Positions 1-19,710 of a DNA stretch of 64,000 bases are shown here, piece by piece. The position numbers and the translations under genes were made by a program. Under the pieces are notes generated by a model that worked only from the letters and a program-made list of their open reading frames with translations, had not been told where the DNA came from and ran no database searches. Each line of letters starts with the position of its first letter. Position 1 is the stretch's first letter. Location of the stretch: contig CP068257.2 in NCBI GenBank assembly GCA_009914755.4, positions 10,752,001-10,816,000 on the forward strand, given 5' to 3'. The DNA comes from the human T2T-CHM13v2.0 reference genome, Homo sapiens.

Positions 1-290
1 ACATAGATGATTGATAGATGATAGATGATGAATATATAGATAGATGATAGATGATTGATAGTTGATAGATGATTGATAGATGATTGATAGTTGATAGATG
101 ATTGATAGATGATAGATGTTAGATACATAGATGATAGATTGATGATAGGTAGATGATAGATGAATATATAGATAAATGATAGATGATTGATAGAAAGATG
201 ATAGATGTTAGATATATAGATAGATAGATAGTAGATAGATCAATTGACTGATAGATGATAGATAGGTAATAGACAGATAGGAACTCTCCA
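1..290. repeat. GATA/GATG-type complex microsatellite. Its last ~100 bp are homologous to the right edge of the large GATA array at 6480-6595.
   Basis: Visible (GATAGATGATT/GATA)n periodicity from the first base of the window, so the array probably continues upstream. Confidence 0.85.
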
Positions 291-379
291 GTCAGCCTAG
301 ACTTAGCTAGTCAAGGTCCCATCTGTGGAGTTTCCAGGTGAACGTCATCTCTATTAGCCATTGAGCCCACGTAAATCAT

Positions 380-1359
<980 letters not shown>

Positions 1360-1471
1360 AGGAAGCCTCTTTCCTAAGGACCTTAAGCCCATTCATGAGA
1401 AAGATGCCACCATGGCCTGATCACCCCTTTTTTAATTCATGTTATGTTATGTTATTTTGTTTTTGTTTTTT

Positions 1472-1762
1472 ATTTTTTTGACACAAGGTCTGGCTATATC
1501 ACCCAGGCTGGAGTGAAGTGGTATCATCTCAGCTTACTACAACCTCTGTCTACTGGGCTCAAACGATCTTCCCACCTCAGCCTCCCAGGTAGCTAGGACT
1601 ACACGCATGCACCACCATGCCCAGCTCACTTTTGTACTTTTTATAGAGACAGGGGGTTCATCATGTTGCCCAGGCTGGTCTCAAACTCATGAGCTCAGGC
1701 AATCTTGCTTCCTCCGACTCCCAAAGTCCTGGGATTACAGGCCTGAGCCACTGTGCTGCCCC
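1472..1762 (-). mobile_element. Alu SINE, more diverged (AluJ/older S-like).
   Basis: Alu reverse-complement consensus with several substitutions; poly-T head at 1471-1479. Confidence 0.85.
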
Positions 1763-1782
1763 TCTTTTTTTTTTAGTTTTAA

Positions 1783-2990
<1,208 letters not shown>

Positions 2991-3013
2991 TTTTTTTTCC
3001 TTCTTTTTAATTC

Positions 3014-3317
<304 letters not shown>

Positions 3318-3978
3318 CCTTACAGTCCTTTTTAACTCACTTCTAGAAGAAACCATCTCAGCCACTTTTACACATCTGCAGCTGAGACAAGTGTGGGGCA
3401 CAGGTTTCCCTGGTGACCCAGGGAAGGGATCAAATTGCTGTGTCCACTTTGCAACACCAGCATCTACCAGGTACTGCGAGGCAGAAGCTCAAAACCATGC
3501 ATGACTTTCCTTGGCTTTTTTTTTTTTTAATAAACCTCTGTTCAAAAATAAACTTAACACGTTTTTCTGAGCAGCCTGAACCTGTTCCCAATTTCTTGTC
3601 CACACAATAAAAAATATACAAGTGCATTATTTTAAGGGTGACTCTAGCTGACCTTTCTGTGGGGAGAAAAACGGCACCTGCCTGGAGCCAGAAGCGTGTT
3701 CGGAGAGTTTGATGGCGTTTGATGTTAAGGCAGGGGCCACATGGGTCGGCCTGTCATCGAATGACGTTTTCACACCAGTCCCCAAAACAGGAGATCTGGA
3801 AAATCTGACATCCAAGGTTTTAGATCTTGGCTTAGAAAAACAGACATTCCAAGATGCCTGAAGTGTTTAAGTGGCTATTGCTAATTGGATAGTGTTGACT
3901 GTGGAAGTAATGGATCCCAAATTGAAATGGGAGATTAGATGATTAGACGTATTCTCCAGATGCTTACAAACACAATTA

Positions 3979-4016
3979 TGTGTGTGCGTGTGTGTGTGGA
4001 GAGAGAGAGAGAGAAA
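3979..4016. repeat. (TG)n followed by (GA)n dinucleotide microsatellite.
   Basis: tgtgtgtgcgtgtgtgtgtggagagagagagagagaa. Confidence 0.9.
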
Positions 4017-4028
4017 GGTATATAGACA

Positions 4029-6595
<2,567 letters not shown>

Positions 6596-7858
6596 CTGTT
6601 ATTTTATAAGACATAACCCTCATGAGTTCTTTTGTATCTGCTGCTGCTGTTATTCTGAAAATAGTGTAAAGTTTTGGAGTTTCAGGTACAAGAGGACCCT
6701 GCAGATATCAGCCACCTGCTTTTCCCTCCCTTCCTGGGGATGTTCGGTTCTGCCTAACACGCACTCTCTGGTACATCCCTGTGGGTCTCAGAGCCGCCCC
6801 CTCCTTGTCTGCAAAGAGGGAGGTGCGGTACCCACTCCGGGGACCCCCTTCATCCTTGGGGCACTCAGCGTGTGAGTCAGCTTGGCCTTCTCCTTCACAG
6901 ACAAGTGTCATTGTCACAAGAGAGCGTGGGCCATTCAGAGGACTCTCACCCTCATGAGGCTGGCATTGCGTGTCACCGCGTTGGAGCCAGAGGCAACCTC
7001 AAAACGCATGGGCCCTGCTTCCCTCTTCTCAGAAATGAGGAGAACCTCTGGTAGAGATGACTTTTGGGGGCTCGTGGGGTCGGTGCAGAGGGGGTGTCTG
7101 GGGCCGAGCTGGGACCCGGCTCTCAGGAGCCTCTTTACACTTCAGGTTGTCTGTGCCCGAGCAGATCCTGGGCTGTTGAATCATGGTAGGCAAACCACAG
7201 AACGATCTTTTGGGGTGAAACCTCAGGCTCTGTTCACTCACTGGCATCGTCAAATCACACCTGCAAAGAGCTGACAAACTATTCCCTAAGCACAGAAATC
7301 CTCATGCTTATTTGCGGCCATTCCGAGCCCTGCAGGTGGCTAGGGAGAGAGCCATAAGGTATTTCTTGTGGCGGGGGCGGGGGGCCCTCTCTGGCATTCC
7401 CAGGGCTGCCCCCAGGACCTGGAATCAAGCAGGAGAAAGAAGGACATAACCGAGAGAAGGCTTCCTCTCCGTGAGGCCGTGGAGTCCGGCCCTGGCGGAA
7501 AATAAACTTCTTAATACGATTGAGATCAACAGACAGGGCTTTTCTCTGTGATACATTTAAGCAAATTGAATGCAATTACCTCAATTGAATTCAGAGCAAG
7601 GCCTGCCCTGACCTTCCCTGAAGCGTTCTGCCCACTTGGAGAGCAGGCTGGGGCACACATGACATCATCTGGACAATTTGCACATATTTATACAATTTGT
7701 CATGATGCGGTCTGCACAGGCTAGAGGCTGCGAGGTTTGCCTCCAGCACCGCTGTGAAATCAGGCCTGTGAAAATCACGTGCTGGACATATCTCTTGTGT
7801 GTGCTATTTACTTCGAATTCAAGTGTACCTAGTCACTAGTGGGGGGAGTGGGGTGGAT

Positions 7859-7863
<5 letters not shown>

Positions 7864-7891
<28 letters not shown>
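7864..7891. repeat. (TG)n microsatellite.
   Basis: gtgtgtgtgtgtgtgtgtgtgtgtgtg. Confidence 0.9.
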
Positions 7892-8680
7892 GCGGGCAGA
7901 AGATGCAAATCCGTTGATACAAATCAACAAGCAATATTATGGTATAAGGGAGGGAAATAAAGCCAGCAGGTGCTATAATACATGTCAAAAAAAAATCTGT
8001 TTTATGCTTATGCCACTGTAAGACAACAGACAGCTGTGTAGAGGTGTGGCTTCAGCGACTGCCGAGGAAGGGTTATTTGTGGGTACAGCCATGGGATGTC
8101 AGAGGTGTCTCTATTCTGACCTCAGGCACTGAGGTCCTGCCCACGAATGGCGTGGTAGTGTGGGGAATATCCGAAGGAAAACAGAGAGGTGTCTGGATGA
8201 TCTGTTTTGTTGCAGGAAGCAAACCAGCATGATGCAGGCAGCCTGAACTGAGAAAAGGAGGTTTCCGGATTTCCAAAGACACACTGAGTTCGCTGACATG
8301 TATCAGGGAGAAAAGCTCATTCAGAGATCTCCGCTGTATTACAAATTTTAATTTCTCCTGGCGTGGGAGTTCACAGCAGCCTTATGGAGGGAAATTCCTC
8401 CAAGCCTGCGTGTCATAAACTGAACTACAGGGTTTAGGGTCCTCAGGCTGCCCAGGGATGCTGGAGGTCCACAGGTCAACTGCAGGGAGATGGATTCCCC
8501 AAATGAGCAAGAGGGTTCTGATGCTCAGGAAATAGATTAGTAGCTCCAGGCAGGTGTGGCTTCATGACCGTAAGGAAATGGAAGCAAAGAGTTGTTGGGC
8601 ATGTAGAACTTTCATTTCTTGCACATTTATTCAGAGACAGAGCATATGCATTTTTGGTAGAAAATTCAATATTGCTGTTG

Positions 8681-9290
8681 ATCTCAAATTCAAGTGTAGC
8701 TGGGCACACATGCATACAGCTGTTAACCTTGAATTCAAGCGTACCTGGGCTGCTGTTTACTTTGAATTCAAGTGTATCTGGGCATGCATGCATACTGCTG
8801 TTCACCTCGAATTCAAGTGTAGCTGAGCACACATCTGTTCTCCTGTTTATCTCGAATTCAAGTGTTATCTGGGCATGCCTCGTGCTGCTGTTCACCTTGA
8901 AATCAAGTGTACCTGAGCACGCATCTGTTCTGCTGTTTATCTCGAATTCAAGTGTATCTGGGCATGCATCGTGCTGATGTTTACCTCGAACTCAAGTGTA
9001 GCTGGGCACACATCGTGCTGCCGTTCACCTTGAATTCAAGTGTACCTGAGCATGCATCCATACTGCTGTTTATCTCAAATTCAAGTGTACATGGGCACGC
9101 ATCTTTTCTGCTGTTTATCTCGAATTCAAGTGTAGCTGGGCACGCATGCATACTGCTGTTCACCTCGAATTCAAGTGTACCTGAGCACGCATCTGTTTTG
9201 CTGTTTATCTCCAACTCAAATGTACCTGAGCATGCATCTGTTCTGCTGTTTACCTCGAATTCCACTGTACCTGGGTAGGCATGCCATACT
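8681..9290. repeat. Minisatellite with a 45-bp unit, ~13.5 copies, organised as two alternating unit variants (90-bp dimer). Each unit carries a GAATTC (EcoRI) site.
   Basis: The unit TCGAATTCAAGTGTAGCTGGGCACGCATGCATACTGCTGTTCACC alternates with TCGAATTCAAGTGTACCTGAGCACGCATCTGTTCTGCTGTTTATC. Confidence 0.9.
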
Positions 9291-10454
9291 TTTATTGGTT
9301 AACTAGAGCAATTTGTAAAGCAAACTATCATCATTTTCCCCAAGTTGTAACCCTTGGCAAATCATTTCCCCGAAGTTTCAACTTTGTTGAAATGGAAGCT
9401 AAGAAATTCCACACAATGTATATATTCCTGGTAAAGTTTGCCCAGTACCTGAGCCAACACCTAGGGAGGTAAGAGCAGACAGTGGAGGTTGGGGTACAGA
9501 CAGATTTGGGTGACCCAGACCAAATCTGATCTTCTAGAACCAACAAATCCCACAGAGACAGGACAAATTGGCCTGTTTGGGGCCAGCATCCTGCGGGATC
9601 CCAGACGCTTATGTTATGTGTATTTTAACACAATTTTAAAAATTGGAAAATAAAACAAAACACCTAGAGCCATGATCTCTAAGGCCATGTGTGTTCTGCA
9701 CCTATTACTTCTCACTCACTCCATTCCAGCCCCACTGGCCTTTTTCTGGCTCCTCAGACATGCCAAGCACTCCCTGCCTCAGGGCCTTTGCAGTGTCTGT
9801 TGCCCTCACGTGGAATGCTCTTCCCACAGATCTCTCTATGACTCTCTCTCTGTCACTTGCTCTGCTCTAATGTCTCTTTTTCAGTGAGGCCTTTCCTGAT
9901 CACCCTACAGAAAAGCACCCAGCAATATTCTCTATTCCTTTTCCTTGCCTTGTCTTGGTAGCACTTGCTCCTTGCTGACATATAGAAAGAATATGTGTTT
10001 ATGCAATGGTGAATGTGATGACCACAGATTTTTCCCCAGCCCTGTTCTAGGCAGAGACTGGGAAATGGGTCATTCCTGTCCCCTATTCCAATTCTCTCCT
10101 TCTATAATGGCTTATTTTCCTTTTTAATGTTCTAACCTAATGTCGAGCAATTTCAGTTGATTTTTTCATAAGCTGGAAGGTCCATGAAATCTCTTTCTAT
10201 GGCCATTATTTTCTCAAACACTGCAGTGTCTTTTTTCAGTGTTTTCCATATATAATGATATTCCTAGGAATATCTCCTTGGCCTTCCTATCTAAGTTCAC
10301 CCAATGTGGTGTTCTTCATATTTCAAGTAAATTCAATACTGCCTTCATAATTGTTGGCACCTTTAAACTTTTATTGTCCCTGATAGGTAGGTGCTCATCT
10401 TATTGGTTAAATGAATGATTTTGGCAATTTCGCTTTTTAAATTATTTTTATTTT

Positions 10455-10743
10455 TATTTTGAGACAGGGTCTCAGTCTGTTACCCAGGCTGGAGTGCAGT
10501 GACGTGATCTCAGCTCACTGCAGCCTCGACATCCCAGACTCAAGCAATCTTCCCACCTCAGCCTCCCAAGTAGTTGGGATTACAGACATGTGCCACAGCA
10601 CTCCACTAATTTTTTTCTATTTTTGTAGAGACAGGATCTTGTTATGTTTCCCAGGCTGGTCTGTAACTCATACACTCAAGTAATCAGCCCATCTGGGTCT
10701 CCCAAAGTGCTGGGATTACAGGCTTCAGCCACAATGCCCAGCC
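10455..10743 (-). mobile_element. Alu SINE, diverged (AluJ-like).
   Basis: Alu reverse-complement consensus with many substitutions. Confidence 0.85.
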
Positions 10744-11339
10744 TAAAATGTCTTTTTGATAGAGTGATTTTGAAGATTAAGCAGGCTAGTGGGTCAAGCA
10801 CGTAGTACAACATTTGAAGCCCAAAGGCAGGGAGTGTGAGCCCCAGGTGGTGGTGGGGGGGATGAAAGGAGAAGCAGGAGGCAATGGGGAATGAGACACT
10901 TGAGACTGGAACTCAGGGCTCTTCAGAGAGAGAAGCTTCCAGGTCCTGGAGAAGGGGCAAGGCCCATGCGAGTCCCCTGAACGCTCAAAAGGAAGGGCCA
11001 GGTTTCCCTGACACAGAGGGCTCCGTGGTCTCCTCCCCTCCTTTTCACCTCAGGAGGGAGGGAAAGAGGGGAAGAGAAGGTCCTGCAGAGGAGGCAGGAT
11101 GGCCGGTTGAGGGGGGCCTTGGGCGCTTTTTCCCAAGGGCTGCCTCCTGCGGCTGCCCCAGGGGCTTCCTTGAACAAGAATTCCCTGCTCTCCCGCTGAG
11201 AGCCAGGGTGGGTCCTCTGTCCCTCACCATGAAGTTCAATGAGTATTGGAGAGTCCGCATGAGGTGAAGGGGCTTCAGCCCAACCACTGGTCCCTGCTGC
11301 ACTCACTCCTCAAAAAGGACCACCAGCTGCCTGATGGTG

Positions 11340-14300
11340 AGCATGGAGCAGGTCTGAGTGGACCAGACTAGGGCCAAGAAACACACCAAAATTGAAACAC
11401 AAAGAAATACAAAACATGAACAGACCAATAACAAATAATGAGAACAAAGCTGTAATAAAAAGTCTCCCAGAAAAGAAAAGCCCCAATATTCTATGGCTTC
11501 ACTACTGAATTCTAACAAATATTTAAAGAACTAACACCAATCCTACTGAAACTATTCCACAAAATACAGATGGGGAATACTTCCAAACTCATTCTATAAC
11601 ACCAGAATTACCTTTATACCAAAATCAAAGACACTTTAAAAAAAGAAAACTACAATATCTCCAATTAATATTGATGCAAAAATCCTCAACAAAATGCTAG
11701 CAAACCTTTAAGCAATATATTAAAAATATCATTCTTCATGATCATGTGTGATTTATCACAAGGATGCAAGAATGGTTGCAAATCAATCCAAATGATACAT
11801 CACATCACCAAAATGAAGGAAAAGATTATATAATCATTTAAATTAAGACATTTTAAAAAAGCATTTGATAAAATTCAACATCCCATCATGATTAAAAACC
11901 CTCAGAAACCTGGGTAGAGAAAGAACATTATTAACATAATGAAAGCCATATATGACATACCCACAGCTAGTATCATACTGACAAGGGAAACACTGAAATC
12001 CCCTTCTCTAAGATCTGGAACATGACCAGGATGCCCACTTTCACCACTGTTATTCTCCATAGTACTGGAAGTCCTAGCAAAAGCAATCAGACAAGAGAGA
12101 GAAATAAAGGGCATCTAAAGGGAAGAAGACAAATTATCTTTGTTTTGCAGATGATATAATCTTATATTTGTAAAAAACCTGAAGACTCCACAAAAACTAC
12201 TAGAACTGATAAATTCAGTAGAGTTTCAGGATACAAATCAATATATAAAAATCAGTATCTTTTTTTTTTTTTTTTTGAGACAGAGTCTCACTTTGTCTCC
12301 CAGGCTGGAGTGCAGTGGTGCAATCTTGGCTCACTGCAAGCTCTGCCTCCTGGGTTCACACCATTCTCCTGCCTCAGCCTCCCGAGGAGCTGGGGCTACA
12401 GGCACCCACCATCACGCCTGGCTAACTTTTTTTGTATTTTTAGTAGAGACGGGGTTTCATCGTGTTAGCCAGTATGGTCTTGATCTCCTGACCTCGTGAT
12501 CTGCCCACCTCACCTTCCCAAAGTCCTGGGATTACAGGCGTGAGCCACCGCGCCCGGCAGGAATCAGTAACATTTCTATATGCCAAGAGTGAACAATCTG
12601 AAAAAGAATTTAAAAAGAAATACCATTTATCATAGCCACAAATAGAACTAAATACATAGAAATCAACCAAAGAAGTAAAGGATTTCTACAACAAAAACTA
12701 TAACACAATCATAAGATAAATTGAAGACACAAAAATTGAAAGATATTCCATGTTCATGGATTGATAGTGTTAGTATATTAAAATGTCTATATTACCCAAA
12801 GCAATTCACAGATTAAATGCAGGAATCACATTAACTGACTTCAAATTATATTACAAAGCTATAGTAACTGTAGCAGCCTGGTACTGGCATAAAAATAGAC
12901 ACATAAACCAATGGAATTGAACAGATAACCCAGAAAAAAATTTTACACATTTTCACTGAACTCATTTTCAACAAAGGTGCCAAGAACTTAAATTAGGGAA
13001 AAGACAATCTCTTCAATAAATCATGCTTGGAAACTGGATATCTACATGCAAAAGAATGAAATTATAACCCCAACTCTTGCCATATACAAAAGTCGAATCA
13101 AAACGGATTAAATACTTAAATCTAAGACCTCGAATTAAAAAACTACTGCAAGAAAACATTGGGGAAAGTCTCTCCAGGTCTTGGCAAAAATGTCTTGAGT
13201 AATACCCCACAAGCACAGGCAACCAAAGCAAATATGGACAAATGAAGTTACATCAAGTTAAAAATCTTCTGCATGTCAAAGGAAATGATCAATAAAGTGA
13301 GGAGACAACCCACAGAATAGGAGAACATATTTGCAAACTATTCACCTGACAAAAGATTAATAACTAGAACAGATAAGCAGCTCAAACTACTGTATAGGAA
13401 AAAAATCTAGTAATCTGATCTTTAAAATGGGCAAAATATTTCAATAAACATTTCTTAAAAGAAGGCATATGAATTGCAAGCAGTTATATTATCAGAAACA
13501 TGCAAATCAAAACTACAATGAGATATCATCTTATCCCAGTTAAAATGAATTTTGTCCAAAAGTCAGGCAACAGCAAATGCTAGTGAGAATGTGGAGAAAT
13601 GGGAAGCCTGGTACACTGTTGGTGGAAATGTAAATTAGTACAACCACTATGGAAAACAGCTTGGAGGTTCCTCATAAAACTAAACTAGAGCTTCCATATA
13701 ATCCAGCAATTTCACTGCTAAGTATATACTCACAAGAAAGGAACTCAGTATGTTGAAGAGATGTCTACATTCCCATGTTTGTTGCAGCATTGTTGAAAAT
13801 AGCCAAGATTTGGAAGCAACGTAAGTGTCAATCAACAGATGAATGGATAAAGAAAATGTAGTATGTATACACAGTGGAGCCAGAAAAAAAGAATGAGATT
13901 CTGTCATTTTTAACAACATGGATGAGGGTTATTATGTTAAATGAAATAAGCCAGGCACAGAAAGACAAACTTTGCATGTTCTCATTTATTTATGGGCGCT
14001 AAGGATCCCATTGAGTTGAATTCAACGGAGATAGAGAGTAGAAGGATGGTTACCAGAGGCTGAGAAGCATAGTAGGGGGGCAGTTTGGTAGGGCCATGGA
14101 GGGAAGTGAGGATGGCTAATGGGTACAAGAAATAGTTAAAAAGAATGAATAAGAGGTAGAGGTACTATTTGATTGCACAACAGGGTATTTGTGCTGATAG
14201 CACAACAGTAGTATTTGTACTGATAACACAGTTTGTACTGGTAGCACAACAGTAGTACTTGATACCACAACACTGCAATTGTCAATAATTGACAATTATT

Positions 14301-14510
14301 ATAATCAATAATAATTTAGTTGTACCTTTTAAAATAACTGAAATCATATAATTCAATTTTTGTAATACAGAGTAAATGCTTGAGGAGATGGATACCCCAT
14401 TTACCATGCTGTGATTGTTACATGTTGCATGCCTGTATCAAAGTATCTCATATACCCCATTTATACACACAACTACTGTATACCCACAAAAAATAAAAAT
14501 AAATGTGATA
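11340..14510 (+). mobile_element. Older LINE-1 (L1P/L1M-type), 5'-truncated. It runs from the ORF2 reverse-transcriptase region to the 3' end and is interrupted by an Alu.
   Basis: DNA and translation match L1 ORF2 (..SLPEKKSPN.., ..[10 protein letters not shown].., ..CWRGCGE..GTLLHC..) and the 3'UTR end ...acccacaaaaaataaaaataaatg. Confidence 0.8.
12261..12558 (-). mobile_element. Alu SINE inserted into the older L1.
   Basis: 17-nt poly-T head and Alu reverse-complement consensus. Target-site duplication aatcagta flanks both sides (12251-12258 and 12562-12569). Confidence 0.9.
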
Positions 14511-15626
14511 TAATAATCAGGTATGGTTTTGCTGGGGTATATATTACATTGTTGTATTTTGCCTAGTCTGTAGGATTAGGGGGAATAGCTGTGGTAAATT
14601 CCCACAGAGGCAGTTGCAAAACTCCCTACACTTCTCTCTCCCATTTGCACTTTAGTTTGTTAAAATCTGCTAAAGCTGTTTCTAATTCACTACTTTGTAG
14701 CACTCTTTGGCTTTGTTTTGGAGGACTAGTAAATCAGTTAGCTGATATTGGTTTGAAAACCCTGAATCATAGGTCTTAAGCATTATTTGGAATTCCTTGG
14801 CAAACCTAAGGTGTCTTGAGTCAGATCAGGAAATCCAAACATCAGAGCACTTAATTCTGACTTGGTGTAAGGTGTATATCTTATGTTTGAACCCACTCTT
14901 CCTGTGGGTTTTGTTTTAAAAGAAATGACTACTATTTTATCTTCTCCTGTAGCTATTTCTGGACCCTTTGTGGTTTAAGAAGGAATACAGGGAGGAGAAA
15001 GAGAAAAAAAATGAAATCATCCAGGCAAGGAAGTTTAGAAAGCAGAGGTTTAGGAGAAGAAAAAGAAGAGACAGTTTCTGGCAGCTTCCTGATTTTAGAA
15101 GCTGATTTTGCTACTTTTCTTTAATTCTGAGGTAGTTTCAAATATTTTGTTGTTACCTTTCTGGAAAGAAATAAGTTTATCATTTCTACTTTTGGATGTT
15201 TTTAGGTGCCAGCTAAAATACAACCCTCATTTATTTTCCTTGATGCAGAAACCTAACTTCTCTAATTTAGCATACGAGAAGACCAGTTTGGGAATATTTA
15301 AAGTTCTTCACTTTGGGAACCTTAGATGTTGGTCGTCCTTAGTAAAATCCCCCCTTTACATAAATGTTTGTAAGAAGAGGTGCTATAATTATCACACATA
15401 AAACCAGCTGGGGTGCCCAAAGGGGGACACTCTCCTTGCCTGTCCTCGATTTTAGAGATATGTTTTCTCATTTTTCTTTAAAAGGAGTAGTTGAACTGTG
15501 GCTTGTCATTTGGTTAGAGGATCAGAGTGTGCCGATTGTGGATGAGACTCCATGGTGTCTATCACTGAGTCATTTCTGTCCTCTTGTATCTCCCAGTTTC
15601 TTTGTCTTGGTGTTTATCACCTCCAG

Positions 15627-16520
15627 GGAGATGCAAATCAAAACAATACCAGACATTACCTTATCTTAAGTAGAATGGCCATAATCGAAATGACAAAAGA
15701 GAACAAGTGTTAGCAAGGATGTGGAATAAAGGGAACTCTTATAAACTGTTGGTTTGAATAGAAATTAATACAGCCACTATGAAAAACAAGTATGGAAGTT
15801 TCTCAACCTAAAATGGAACTACTGTATGTTCCAGCAATTCCACCACTGGGCATATAGCCAAAAGAAATAAAATCAGTATGTTAAAGAGATAGCTACACTC
15901 CCATGTTTATTACAGCACTATTGACAATGGCCAAGATATGGAATCAATCACAGTGCCCATCGAAGAATAAATGGATAAGACAACATGGTATGTAAACATA
16001 ATGAAATGCTATTTGGCCACAAATATATGGCATAATAAAATAAATGGCAGAATAAAATTCTGCCATTTAAGACAACATAGATGAACCTGAAGGACATTAT
16101 GTTAAGTGAAATAAGCCAGACATAGAGAGACAAATAAGACAGGAATTTATTAAATGTGGAATCTAAACAAGCTTATCTCTTAGAAGTAGAGAGGAGAATG
16201 GTGGTTACCAGAGCCTGCGGTGGTGGAGGACAGGATGGAAAGATGTTGGTCAAAGGAAACATAATTATTATTAGATAGAAGAAATATATTTTACAAGATC
16301 TGCTATGCAGCACGGCAGCCATACTTAATTATGATATATTGCAGTCCTGAAAAATGAAAAGGTAGTTGATGTTAACTGTTTTCACCACAAAAAACAATAA
16401 CTTTTAGATCATGCATTTGTTAATTAGCTAGATTTAATCATTTTATAATCTATATGTAATTCAAAACATACATAATAAACTTACACAATGTTATTTTCAA
16501 TTAAAAACAAATTTTAAAAT
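15627..16520 (+). mobile_element. LINE-1 3'-end fragment (L1M/L1P-type).
   Basis: gagatgcaaatcaaaac...gttagcaaggatgtggaataaagggaactcttataaactgttgg... matches the L1 ORF2 C-terminus and 3'UTR. Confidence 0.75.
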
Positions 16521-16904
16521 TATGCTTAAAAATTTTTTTATTCAAGCTAGAATTTGAATATAGCTAAATATCTTCAATAAATAAGAAAAATTAAAATAAT
16601 TTCAAAAATTAAAACTAAGAGATTTGCTTGCCAATAGGAGCCGCATAAGAGTGTACTCAAGAAGAAAATAACATTTTCCTGTATAAAGGTAAAATTAAAA
16701 TGAAGGGGTGAGAGACAGACCTTGAGAATACAAAATCATAGTGGACATTGAACTGAGGAAAGCACACAGTTCTTGGCACCAAAAAATTAAAAGATATTGA
16801 GATATTATAAAAGTACAATTCACATGTTTTATTTAAATCAGAAAGAAAATTATGTGCTTTTTGTATAATTTAATTGATTACAAAGAAATAATTTTTAGAA
16901 AATT

Positions 16905-18149
<1,245 letters not shown>

Positions 18150-19683
18150 AAGTGAAAACTGTGTTCATCCTAATGGCATAGAAGAAACCTATTTTGTAGA
18201 TCTGAAAAAAAATGACTTCATATCATCAATGTTCTTTCTTCAGTGTTTGAAATTATTACCATCATTATTATTTTTATTTTACTCACTTATTCTTGATTAA
18301 CCTTGATGCTAAATTCTTGATAATGTACCTCCTGCACTCTTTTCTAAGCCAAATAATTATATACATATATATATAATTATTACTCTCTATATATAATGAA
18401 TACATTTACAATCATGCCTGTATAGGGTGCACACTATCTATATTCTTAATGCCCTTTGCCCTCCATCTTTAGAAATCAATTTTTGTTATTTTGTGTTCTC
18501 TCATTTTATTTTTAACACCCAATTCAGTGACAGGCATATAAAATGAATCACATTTGCAGAGTTGAATTGAATAAAATGTATGCTAAAGTGGAAAGACTCA
18601 CTAAAGCAAACAATTAAAAATATATCCAATTGAGTCTTTCTCATGATCTATCACTTTGATACGGTTTATTCTTCACTCTTCCATGGTTTTTGATGCTTAT
18701 GATTCTACTGGGCCCACCATGATAATTCATAATAGTCTTCCTATTTTTCATCAGCATATCAGCAATTTTGATCCCATTTGCAACCTTATATTCTCTTTGC
18801 CATGAATTGTAATATATTATTTCCAGTATCTAAGAACTTGGATGTAAATATCTTTTTTAGGGAGTGGGGAACATTATTCTGTTTATCCAAACCCTAATTA
18901 ACTGTATGTCTCAGAAATGGTCCTGGTGCTTTCCCAGTTTAGTTCACATCCCAGAGACTTATCATGTGAACTCTCTTCATCTCAGAACAAAATTTTTAAC
19001 ATTTGCCTCTCAGTTATCAACAAGATAAACACTGCTTTTAGTCATTTTATTTCAACCAAGAGGTTGCATTAAAATAGTCACATGTGGTTCTTTTTCCTGA
19101 GACTTTACTTGATACAGGAATGTCAGTCTCCAATGAGAAAGATAATGCCTCTCAAGTTTTCTTGGGATATCCTCAATACCATAATACCTTGTAAAATTTT
19201 GCAGAACAATTTTGCAGTTGCCATTTCATGTTATTTGGCCAGGATTCAGGTATCATTGCATCATTTTGCTGTAATCCATGGGTAAAAAAAATTTAGCTTC
19301 ATGCATGAAATATAAAAAACAGTAAATTAGCACAGATTTGGTGGGGGGATGAAGGTGTGTCTGGTTATATATTCAAAGTCATTTATCATTACACTGTCCC
19401 CTAAATAAAAATATGAAAGGCAATGCAAACATCTTGACACTTAGTATTCTTGTCTAATAAACACAAGTGACTGAGGTAAAAAATATTGCTCTAAAACCAC
19501 CAGATATGTTTGATTTTATAAAGGAAATATCATCTAGGTGATTAAATGGTTATTACTCTCTCTACAAAACTTTAGTAAGTGAATCCATTTATCATAAATG
19601 TCAGAATCAAACAATGAAAAGTTCCCACCAACATGCATCTGCACCATCAGCATGGTTGAGTTCTGCTGTCAAGTTGAAATCAG

Positions 19684-19710
19684 AAAAAAAAAAAAAAAAA
19701 AAAAAAAAAA
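19684..19710. repeat. Poly-A tract of 27 nt lying immediately 5' of the full-length L1.
   Basis: aaaaaaaaaaaaaaaaaaaaaaaaaaa preceding caaggggaggcaccaagatggcc. Confidence 0.9.

Noticed and set aside
8476-9278. ORFs of 90-139 aa on both strands with periodic peptides (..TLEFEVNS.., ..LNSSVPG..).
   Set aside because: They lie entirely within the 45-bp minisatellite. The periodic amino-acid pattern is a direct consequence of tandem repetition, not of coding.
19684-19710. The 27-nt poly-A before the L1 5' end as the tail of a second retro-element.
   Set aside because: No recognisable SINE, LINE or processed transcript precedes it (19300-19683 looks unique). I kept it as an observation but cannot assign it.
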